Shown: piece by piece, positions 50,901 through 62,900 of the stretch
How positions within the stretch are numbered: the stretch's first letter is position 1
How the letters are laid out: every line of letters begins with the position of its first letter
NCBI RefSeq assembly: GCF_009914755.1
Contig: NC_060925.1
Length of the DNA: 64,000 bases
Strand: one strand, 5' to 3'
Origin: the human T2T-CHM13v2.0 reference genome, Homo sapiens
Position numbers and translations under genes: made by a program
Notes under the pieces: generated by a model
Databases searched by the model: none
What the model saw: the letters and a program-made list of their open reading frames with translations, nothing else
Told to the model about the DNA's origin: nothing

Positions 50901-53900
50901 TTCAACTCTGTCAGTTGAATACACACAACACAAGGAAGTTACTGAGAATTCTTCTGTCTAGCATAATATGAAGAAATCCCGTTTCCAACGAAGGCCTCAA
51001 AGGGGTCTGAATATCCACTTGCAGACTTTATAAACAGAGTGTTTACTAACTGCTCTATGAAAAGAAAGGTTAAACTCTGTGAGTTGAACACACACATCAC
51101 AAAGGAGTTTCTGAGAATCATTCTGTCTAGTCTTTCTACGAAGATAGTTTCCTTTTCTACCATTGACCTCAAAGCGGCTGAAATCTCCACTAGCAAATTC
51201 CACAAAAAGAGTGTTTCAAGTCTGCTCTGTGTAAAGGATCGTTCAACTCTGTGAGTTGAATACACACAACACAAGGAAGTTACTGAGAATTCTTCTGTCT
51301 AGCAGAATATGAAGAAATCCCGTTTCCAACGAAGGCCTCAAGGAGGTCTGAATATCCACTTGCAGACTTTACAAACAGAGTGTTTCCTAACTGCTCTATG
51401 AAAAGAAAGGTTAAACTCTTTGACTTGAACGCACACATCACAACGCAGTTTGTGGGAATGATTCTGTCTAGTCTTTATACGAAGATATTTCCTTTTCTAC
51501 CATTGACCTCAAAGCGGCTGAAATCTCCACTTGCAAATTCCACAAAAAGAGTGTTTCAAGTCTGCTCTGTGTAAAGGATCGTTCAACTCTGTGAGTTGAA
51601 TACACACAACACAAGGAAGTTACTGAGAATTCTTCTGTCTAGCAGAATATGAAGAAATCCCGTTTCCAACGAAGGCCACAAGATGTCAGAATATCCACTT
51701 ACAGACTTTACAAACAGAGTGTTTCCTAACTGCTCTATGAACAGAAAGGTTAAACTCTGTGAGTTGAACGAACACATCACAACGCAGTTTGTGGGAATGA
51801 TTCTGTCTAGTTTTGAAACGAAGATATTTCCTTTTCTGCCATTGACCTTAAAGCGCTTGAAATCTACACTTGCAAATTGCACAAATAGAGTGTTTCAAAT
51901 CTGCTCTGTCTAAGGGAACGTTCAGCTCTGTGAGTTGAATGCACACAACACAAGGAAGTTACTGGGAATTCTTCTGTCTAGCCTTACATGAAAAAAACCC
52001 GTTTCCAACGAAGGCCTCTAAGTGGTCAAAATATCCACGTGCAGACTTTACAAACAGAGTGTTTCCAAACCGCTGAATGAAAAGAAAAGTTAAACTCTGA
52101 GAGTTGAACGCACACATCACGCAGCAGTTTCTGAGAATGATTCTGTCTAGTTTATATACGAAGATATTTCCTTTTCTGCCTTTGGTCCCAAAGCGCTTGA
52201 AATCTCCACTTGCAAATTCCACAAAAACAGTGTTTCAAATCTGCTCTCTCTAAATGAAACTTCAACTCTGTCAGTTGAATACACAAAACACAAGGAAGTT
52301 ACTGAGAATTCTTCTGTCTAGCATAATATGAAGAAATCCCGTTTCCAACGAAGGCCTCAAAGGGGTCTGAATATCCACTTGCAGACTTTATAAACAGAGT
52401 GTTTACTAACTGCTCTATGAAAAGAAAGGTTAAACTCTGTGAGTTGAACACACACATCACAAAGGAGTTTCTGAGAATCATTCTGTCTAGTTTTTCTACG
52501 AAGATATTTCCTTTTCTACTATTGACCTCAAAGCGGCTGAAATCTCCACTTGCAAATTCCACAAAAAGAGTGTTTCAAGTCTGCTCTGTGTAAAGGATCG
52601 TTCAACTCTGTGAGTTGAATACACACAACACAAGGAAGTTACTGAGAATTCTTCTGTCTAGCAGAATATGAAGAAATCCCGTTTCCAACGAAGGCCTCAA
52701 AGAGGTCTGAATATCCACTTGCAGACTTTACAAACAGAGTGTTTCCTAACTGCTCTATGAAAAGAAAAGTTAAACTCTGTGAGTTGAAGGCACACATCAC
52801 AAAGGAGTTTCTGAGAATCATTCTGTCTAGTTTCTATAGGAAGATATTTCCTATTCTACCATTGACCTCAAAGCGGCTGAAATCTCCACTTGCAAATTCC
52901 ACAAAAAGTGTGTTTCATGACTTCTCTCTGTAAAGCATCGTTCAACTCTGTGAGTTGAATACACACAACACAAGGAAGTTACTGAGAATTCTTCTGTCTA
53001 GCATAATATGAAGAAATAACGTTTCCAACGAAGGCCTCAAAGAGGTCTGAATATCCACTTGCAGACTTTACAAACAGAGTGTTTCCTAACTGCTCTATGA
53101 AAAGAAAAGTTAAACTCTGTGAGTTGAACGCACACATCACAAAGGATTTTCTGAGAATCATTCTGTCTAGTCTTTATACGAAGATAGTTTCCTTTTCTAC
53201 CATTGACCTCAAAGCGGCTGAAATCTCCACTTGCAAATTCCACAAAAAGAGTGTTTCAAGTCTGCTCTGTGTAAAGGATCGTTCAACTCTGTGAGTTGAA
53301 TACACACAACACAAGGAAGTTACTGAGAATTCTTCTGTCTAGCAGAATATGAAGAAATCCCGTTTCCAACGAAGGCCTCAAGGAGGTCTGAATATCTACT
53401 TGCAGACTTTACAAACAGAGTGTTTCCTAACTGCTCTATGAAAAGAAAGGTGAAACTCTGTGAGTTGAATGCACACATCACAAAGGAGTTTATGAGAATC
53501 ATTCTGTCTAGTTTCTATAGGAAGATATTTCCTATTCTACCATTGACCTCAAAGCGGCTGAAATCTCCACTTGCAAATTCCACAAAAAGAGTGTTTCAAG
53601 TCTGCTCTCTGTAAAGGATCGTTCAACTCTGTCAGTTGAATACACACAACACAAAGAAGTTACTGAGAATTATTCTGTCTAGCATAATATGAAGAAATCC
53701 CGTTTCCAACGAAGGCCTCAAAGAGGTCTGAATATCCACTTGCAGACTTTACAAACAGAGTGTTTCCTAACTGCTCTATGAAAAGAAAAGTTAAACTCTG
53801 TGAGTTGAACGCACACATCACAAAGGAGTTTCTGAGAATCATTCTGTCTAGTCTGTATAAGAAGATATTTCCTTTTCTACCATTGACCTCAAAGCGGCTG

Positions 53901-56900
53901 AAATCTCCACTTGCAAATTCCACAAAAAGAGTGTTTCAACTCCGCTCTGTGTAAAGGATCGTTCAACTCTGTGAGTTGAATACACACAACACAAGGAAGT
54001 TACTGAGAATTCTTCTGTCTAGCAGAATATGAAGAAATCCCGTTTCCAACGAAGGCCTCAAGGAGGTCTGAATATCTACTTGCAGACTTTACAAACAGAG
54101 TGTTTCCTAACTGCTCTATGAAAAGAAAGGTGAAACTGTGTGAGTTGAATGCACACATCACAAAGGAGTTTATGAGAATCATTCTGTCTAGTTTCTATAG
54201 GAAGATATTTCCTATTCTACCATTGACCTCAAAGCGGCTGAAATCTCCACTTGCAAATTCCACAAAAAGAGTGTTTCAAGTCTGCTCTCTGTAAAGGATC
54301 GTTCAACTCTGTCAGTTGAATACACACAACACAAAGAAGTTACTGAGAATTATTCTGTCTAGCATAATATGAAGAAATCCCGTTTCCAACGAAGGCCTCA
54401 AAGAGGTCTGAATATCCACTTGCAGACTTTACAAACAGAGTTTTTCCTAACTGCTCTATGAAAAGAAAAGTTAAACTCTGTGAGTTGAACGCACACATCA
54501 CAAAGGAGTTTCTGAGAATCATTCTGTCTAGTCTGTATAAGAAGATATTTCCTTTTCTACCATTGACCTCAAAGCGGCTGAAATCTCCACTTGCAAATTC
54601 CACAAAAAGAGTGTTTCAACTCCGCTCTGTGTAAAGGATCGTTCAACTCTGTGAGTTGAATACACACAACACAAGGAAGTTACTGAGAATTCTTCTGTCT
54701 AGCATAATATGAAGAAATCCCGTTTCCAACGAAGGCCTCAAAGAGGTCTGAATATCCACTTGCAGACTTTACAAACAGAGTGTTTCCTAACTGCTCTATG
54801 AAAAGAAAGGTTAAACTCTGTGAGTTGAACGCACACATTTCAAAGGAGATTCTGAGAATCATTCTATCTAGTCTTTATACGAAGATATTTCCTTTTCTAC
54901 CATTGACCTCAAAGCGGCTGAAATCTCCACTTGCAAATTCCACAAAAAGAGTGTTTCAAGTCTGCTCTGTGTAAAGGATCGTTCAACTCTGTGAGTTGAA
55001 TACACACAACACAAGGAAGTTACTGAGAATTCTTCTGTCTAGCAGAATATGAAGAAATCCCGTTTCCAACGAAGGCCTCAAAGAGGTCTGAATATCCACT
55101 TGCAGACTTTACAAACAGAGTGTTTCCTTACTGCTCTATGAAAAGAAAAGTTAAACTCTGTGTGTTGAACGCACACATCACAAAGGAGTTTCTGAGAATC
55201 ATTCTGTCTAGTCTTTATACGAAGATATTTCCTTTTCTACCATTGACCTCAAAGCGGCTGAAATCTCCACTTGCAAATTCCACAAAAAGAGTGTTTAAAG
55301 TCTGCTCTCTGTAAAGGATCGTTCAACTCTGTGAGTTGAATACACACAGCACAAGGAAGTTACTGAGAATTCTTCTGTCTAGCAGAATATGAAGAAATCC
55401 CGTTTCCAACGAAGGCCTCAAAGAGGTCTGAATATCCACTTGCAGACTTTACAAACAGAGTGTTTCCTAACTGCTCTATGAAAAGAAAAGTTGAACTCTG
55501 TGAGTTGAACGCACACATCACAAAGGAGTTTCTGAGAATCATTCTGTCTAGTCTTTATACGAAGATATTTCCTTTTCTACCATTGACCTCAAAGCGGCTG
55601 AAATCTCCACTTGCAAATTCCACAAAAAGAGTGTTTCAAGTCTGCTCTCTGTAAAGGATCGTTCAACTCTGTGAGTTGAATACACAGAACACAAGGAAGT
55701 TACTGAGAATTCTTCTGTCTAGCATAATATGAAGAAATCCCGTTTCCAACGAAGGCCTCAAGAGGTCTGAATATCCACTTGCAGACTTTACAAACAGAGT
55801 GTTTCCTAACTACTCTATGAATAGAAAAGTTAAACTCTGTGAGTTGAACGCACACATCACAAAGGAGTTTCTGAGAATCATTCTGTCTAGTCTTTATACG
55901 AAGATATTTCCTTTTCTACCATTGACCTCAAAGCGGCTGAAATCTCCACTTGCAAATTCCACAAAAAGAGTGTTTCAAGTCTGCTCTGTGTAAAGGATCG
56001 TTCAACTCTGTGAGTTGAATAGACACAACACAAGGAAGTTACTGAGAATTCTTCTGTCTAGCAGAATATGAAGAAATCCCGTTTCCAAAGAAGGCCACAA
56101 GATGTCAGAATATCTACTTACAGACTTTACAAACAGAGTTTTTCCTAACTGCTCTATGAACAGAAAGGTTAAACTCTGTGAGTTGAACGAACACATCACA
56201 ACGCAGTTTGTGGGAATGATTCTGTCTAGTTTTGAAACGAAGATATTTCCTTTTCTGCCATTGACCTTAAAGCGCTTGAAATCTACACTTGCAAATTGCA
56301 CAAATAGAGTGTTTCAAATCTGCTCTGTCTAAGGGAACGTTCAACTCTGTGAGTTGAATGCACACAACACAAGGAAGTTACTGGGAATTCTTCTGTCTAG
56401 CCTTACATGAAAAAAACCCGTTTCCAACGAAGGCCTCTAAGTGGTCAAAATATCCACGTGCAGACTTTACAAACAGAGTGTTTCCAAACCGCTGAATGAA
56501 AAGAAAAGTTAAACTCTGAGAGTTGAACGCACACATCACGCAGCAGTTTCTGAGAATGATTCTGTCTAGTTTTTATACGAAGATATTTCCTTTTCTGCCT
56601 TTGGCCCCAAAGCGCTTGAAATCTCCACTTGCAAATTCCACAAAAACAGTGTTTCAAATCTGCTCTCTCTAAATGAAAGTTCAACTCTGTCAGTTGAATA
56701 CACACAACACAAGGAAGTTACTGAGAATTCTTCTGTCTAGCATAATATGAAGAAATCCCGTTTCCAACGAAGGCCTCAAAGGGGTCTGAATATCCACTTG
56801 CAGACTTTATAAACAGAGTGTTTACTAACTGCTCTATGAAAAGAAAGGTTAAACTCTGTGAGTTGAACACACACATCACAAAGGAGTTTCTGAGAATCAT

Positions 56901-59900
56901 TCTGTCTAGTCTTTCTACGAAGATAGTTTCCTTTTCTACCATTGACCTCAAAGCGGCTGAAATCTCCACTAGCAAATTCCACAAAAAGAGTGTTTCAAGT
57001 CTGCTCTGTGTAAAGGATCGTTCAACTCTGTGAGTTGAATACACACAACACAAGGAAGTTACTGAGAATTCTTCTGTCTAGCAGAATATGAAGAAATCCC
57101 GTTTCCAACGAAGGCCTCAAGGAGGTCTGAATATCCACTTGCAGACTTTACAAACAGAGTGTTTCCTAACTGCTCTATGAAAAGAAAGGTTAAACTCTTT
57201 GACTTGAACGCACACATCACAACGCAGTTTGTGGGAATGATTCTGTCTAGTCTTTATACGAAGATATTTCCTTTTCTACCATTGACTTCAAAGCGGCTGA
57301 AATCTCCACTTGCAAATTCCACAAAAAGAGTGTTTCAAGTCTGCTCTGTGTAAAGGATCGTTCAACTCTGTGAGTTGAATACACACAACACAAGGAAGTT
57401 ACTGAGAATTCTTCTGTCTAGCAGAATATGAAGAAATCCCGTTTCCAACGAAGGCCACAAGATGTCAGAATATCCACTTACAGACTTTACAAACAGAGTG
57501 TTTCCTAACTGCTCTATGAACAGAAAGGTTAAACTCTGTGAGTTGAACGAACACATCACAACGCAGTTTGTGGGAATGATTCTGTCTAGTTTTGAAACGA
57601 AGATATTTCCTTTTCTGCCATTGACCTTAAAGCGCTTGAAATCTACACTTGCAAATTGCACAAATAGAGTGTTTCAAATCTGCTCTGTCTAAGGGAACGT
57701 TCAGCTCTGTGAGTTGAATGCACACAACACAAGGAAGTTACTGGGAATTCTTCTGTCTAGCCTTACATGAAAAAAACCCGTTTCCAACGAAGGCCTCTAA
57801 GTGGTCAAAATATCCACGTGCAGACTTTACAAACAGAGTGTTTCCAAACCGCTGAATGAAAAGAAAAGTTAAACTCTGAGAGTTGAACGCACACATCACG
57901 CAGCAGTTTCTGAGAATGATTCTGTCTAGTTTATATACGAAGATATTTCCTTTTCTGCCTTTGGTCCCAAAGCGCTTGAAATCTCCACTTGCAAATTCCA
58001 CAAAAACAGTGTTTCAAATCTGCTCTCTCTAAATGAAACTTCAACTCTGTCAGTTGAATACACAAAACACAAGGAAGTTACTGAGAATTCTTCTGTCTAG
58101 CATAATATGAAGAAATCCCGTTTCCAACGAAGGCCTCAAAGAGGTCTGAATATCCACTTGCAGACTTTACAAACAGAGTGTTTCCTAACTGCTCTATGAA
58201 AAGAAAAGTTAAACTCTGTGAGTTGAACGCACACATCACAAAGGAGTTTCTGAGAATCATTCTGTCTAGTCTTTATACGAAGATATTTCCTTTTCTACCA
58301 TTGACCTCAAAGCGGCTGAAATCTCCACTTGCAAATTCCACAAAAAGAGTGTTTCAAGTCTGCTCTGTGTAAAGGATCGTTCAACTCTGTGAGTTGAATA
58401 CACACAACACAAGGAAGTTACTGAGAATTCTTCTGTCTAGCAGAATATGAAGAAATCCCGTTTCCAACGAAGGCCTCAAAGAGGTCTGAATATCCACTTG
58501 CAGACTTTACAAACAGAGTGTTTCGTAACTGTTCTATGAAAAGAAAAGTTAAACTCTGTGAGTTGAAGGCACACATCACAAAGGAGTTTCTGAGAATCAT
58601 TCTGTCTAGTTTCTATAGGAAGATATTTCCTATTCTACCATTGACCTCAAAGCGGCTGAAATCTCCACTTGCAAATTCCACAAAAAGTGTGTTTCATGAC
58701 TTCTCTCTGTAAAGCATCGTTCAACTCTGTGAGTTGAATACACACAACACAAGGAAGTTACTGAGAATTCTTCTGTCTAGCATAATATGAAGAAATAACG
58801 TTTCCAACGAAGGCCTCAAAGAGGTCTGAATATCCACTTGCAGACTTTACAAACAGAGTGTTTCCTAACTGCTCTATGAAAAGAAAAGTTAAACTCTGTG
58901 AGTTGAACGCACACATCACAAAGGATTTTCTGAGAATCATTCTGTCTAGTCTTTATACGAAGATAGTTTCCTTTTCTACCATTGACCTCAAAGCGGCTGA
59001 AATCTCCACTTGCAAATTCCACAAAAAGAGTGTTTCAAGTCTGCTCTGTGTAAAGGATCGTTCAACTCTGTGAGTTGAATACACACAACACAAGGAAGTT
59101 ACTGAGAATTCTTCTGTCTAGCAGAATATGAAGAAATCCCGTTTCCAACGAAGGCCTCAAGGAGGTCTGAATATCTACTTGCAGACTTTACAAACAGAGT
59201 GTTTCCTAACTGCTCTATGAAAAGAAAGGTGAAACTCTGTGAGTTGAATGCACACATCACAAAGGAGTTTATGAGAATCATTCTGTCTAGTTTCTATAGG
59301 AAGATATTTCCTATTCTACCATTGACCTCAAAGCGGCTGAAATCTCCACTTGCAAATTCCACAAAAAGAGTGTTTCAAGTCTGCTCTCTGTAAAGGATCG
59401 TTCAACTCTGTCAGTTGAATACACACAACACAAAGAAGTTACTGAGAATTATTCTGTCTAGCATAATATGAAGAAATCCCGTTTCCAACGAAGGCCTCAA
59501 AGAGGTCTGAATATCCACTTGCAGACTTTACAAACAGAGTGTTTCCTAACTGCTCTATGAAAAGAAAAGTTAAACTCTGTGAGTTGAACGCACACATCAC
59601 AAAGGAGTTTCTGAGAATCATTCTGTCTAGTCTGTATAAGAAGATATTTCCTTTTCTACCATTGACCTCAAAGCGGCTGAAATCTCCACTTGCAAATTCC
59701 ACAAAAAGAGTGTTTCAACTCCGCTCTGTGTAAAGGATCGTTCAACTCTGTGAGTTGAATACACACAACACAAGGAAGTTACTGAGAATTCTTCTGTCTA
59801 GCAGAATATGAAGAAATCCCGTTTCCAACGAAGGCCTCAAGGAGGTCTGAATGTCTACTTGCAGACTTTACAAACAGAGTGTTTCCTAACTGCTCTATGA

Positions 59901-62900
59901 AAAGAAAGGTGAAACTGTGTGAGTTGAATGCACACATCACAAAGGAGTTTATGAGAATCATTCTGTCTAGTTTCTATAGGAAGATATTTCCTATTCTACC
60001 ATTGACCTCAAAGCGGCTGAAATCTCCACTTGTAAATTCCACAAAAAGAGTGTTTCAAGTCTGCTCTCTGTAAAGGATCGTTCAACTCTGTCAGTTGAAT
60101 ACACACAACACAAAGAAGTTACTGAGAATTATTCTGTCTAGCATAATATGAAGAAATCCCGTTTCCAACGAAGGCCTCAAAGAGGTCTGAATATCCACTT
60201 GCAGACTTTACAAACAGAGTTTTTCCTAACTGCTCTATGAAAAGAAAAGTTAAACTCTGTGAGTTGAACGCACACATCACAAAGGAGTTTCTGAGAATCA
60301 TTCTGTCTAGTCTGTATAAGAAGATATTTCCTTTTCTACCATTGACCTCAAAGCGGCTGAAATCTCCACTTGCAAATTCCACAAAAAGAGTGTTTCAACT
60401 CCGCTCTGTGTAAAGGATCGTTCAACTCTGTGAGTTGAATACACACAACACAAGGAAGTTACTGAGAATTCTTCTGTCTAGCATAATATGAAGAAATCCC
60501 GTTTCCAACGAAGGCCTCAAAGAGGTCTGAATATCCACTTGCAGACTTTACAAACAGAGTGTTTCCTAACTGCTCTATGAAAAGAAAGGTTAAACTCTGT
60601 GAGTTGAACGCACACATTTCAAAGGAGATTCTGAGAATCATTCTATCTAGTCTTTATACGAAGATATTTCCTTTTCTACCATTGACCTCAAAGCGGCTGA
60701 AATCTCCACTTGCAAATTCCACAAAAAGAGTGTTTCAAGTCTGCTCTGTGTAAAGGATCGTTCAACTCTGTGAGTTGAATACACACAACACAAGGAAGTT
60801 ACTGAGAATTCTTCTGTCTAGCAGAATATGAAGAAATCCCGTTTCCAACGAAGGCCTCAAAGAGGTCTGAATATCCACTTGCAGACTTTACAAACAGAGT
60901 GTTTCCTTACTGCTCTATGAAAAGAAAAGTTAAACTCTGTGTGTTGAACGCACACATCACAAAGGAGTTTCTGAGAATCATTCTGTCTAGTCTTTATACG
61001 AAGATATTTCCTTTTCTACCATTGACCTCAAAGCGGCTGAAATCTCCACTTGCAAATTCCACAAAAAGAGTGTTTAAAGTCTGCTCTCTGTAAAGGATCG
61101 TTCAACTCTGTGAGTTGAATACACACAGCACAAGGAAGTTACTGAGAATTCTTCTGTCTAGCAGAATATGAAGAAATCCCGTTTCCAACGAAGGCCTCAA
61201 AGAGGTCTGAATATCCACTTGCAGACTTTACAAACAGAGTGTTTCCTAACTGCTCTATGAAAAGAAAAGTTGAACTCTGTGAGTTGAACGCACACATCAC
61301 AAAGGAGTTTCTGAGAATCATTCTGTCTAGTCTTTATACGAAGATATTTCCTTTTCTACCATTGACCTCAAAGCGGCTGAAATCTCCACTTGCAAATTCC
61401 ACAAAAAGAGTGTTTCAAGTCTGCTCTCTGTAAAGGATCGTTCAACTCTGTGAGTTGAATACACAGAACACAAGGAAGTTACTGAGAATTCTTCTGTCTA
61501 GCATAATATGAAGAAATCCCGTTTCCAACGAAGGCCTCAAGAGGTCTGAATATCCACTTGCAGACTTTACAAACAGAGTGTTTCCTAACTACTCTATGAA
61601 TAGAAAAGTTAAACTCTGTGAGTTGAACGCACACATCACAAAGGAGTTTCTGAGAATCATTCTGTCTAGTCTTTATACGAAGATATTTCCTTTTCTACCA
61701 TTGACCTCAAAGCGGCTGAAATCTCCACTTGCAAATTCCACAAAAAGAGTGTTTCAAGTCTGCTCTGTGTAAAGGATCGTTCAACTCTGTGAGTTGAATA
61801 GACACAACACAAGGAAGTTACTGAGAATTCTTCTGTCTAGCAGAATATGAAGAAATCCCGTTTCCAAAGAAGGCCACAAGATGTCAGAATATCTACTTAC
61901 AGACTTTACAAACAGAGTTTTTCCTAACTGCTCTATGAACAGAAAGGTTAAACTCTGTGAGTTGAACGAACACATCACAACGCAGTTTGTGGGAATGATT
62001 CTGTCTAGTTTTGAAACGAAGATATTTCCTTTTCTGCCATTGACCTTAAAGCGCTTGAAATCTACACTTGCAAATTGCACAAATAGAGTGTTTCAAATCT
62101 GCTCTGTCTAAGGGAACGTTCAACTCTGTGAGTTGAATGCACACAACACAAGGAAGTTACTGGGAATTCTTCTGTCTAGCCTTACATGAAAAAAACCCGT
62201 TTCCAACGAAGGCCTCTAAGTGGTCAAAATATCCACGTGCAGACTTTACAAACAGAGTGTTTCCAAACCGCTGAATGAAAAGAAAAGTTAAACTCTGAGA
62301 GTTGAACGCACACATCACGCAGCAGTTTCTGAGAATGATTCTGTCTAGTTTTTATACGAAGATATTTCCTTTTCTGCCTTTGGCCCCAAAGCGCTTGAAA
62401 TCTCCACTTGCAAATTCCACAAAAACAGTGTTTCAAATCTGCTCTCTCTAAATGAAAGTTCAACTCTGTCAGTTGAATACACACAACACAAGGAAGTTAC
62501 TGAGAATTCTTCTGTCTAGCATAATATGAAGAAATCCCGTTTCCAACGAAGGCCTCAAAGGGGTCTGAATATCCACTTGCAGACTTTATAAACAGAGTGT
62601 TTACTAACTGCTCTATGAAAAGAAAGGTTAAACTCTGTGAGTTGAACACACACATCACAAAGGAGTTTCTGAGAATCATTCTGTCTAGTCTTTCTACGAA
62701 GATAGTTTCCTTTTCTACCATTGACCTCAAAGCGGCTGAAATCTCCACTAGCAAATTCCACAAAAAGAGTGTTTCAAGTCTGCTCTGTGTAAAGGATCGT
62801 TCAACTCTGTGAGTTGAATACACACAACACAAGGAAGTTACTGAGAATTCTTCTGTCTAGCAGAATATGAAGAAATCCCGTTTCCAACGAAGGCCTCAAG

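Noticed and set aside
50939-51274. Longest ORF (111 aa, repeated at 56718 and 62497)
   Set aside because: It is created by the 1-bp insertion at 51147 fusing two satellite reading frames. Nothing suggests coding function.
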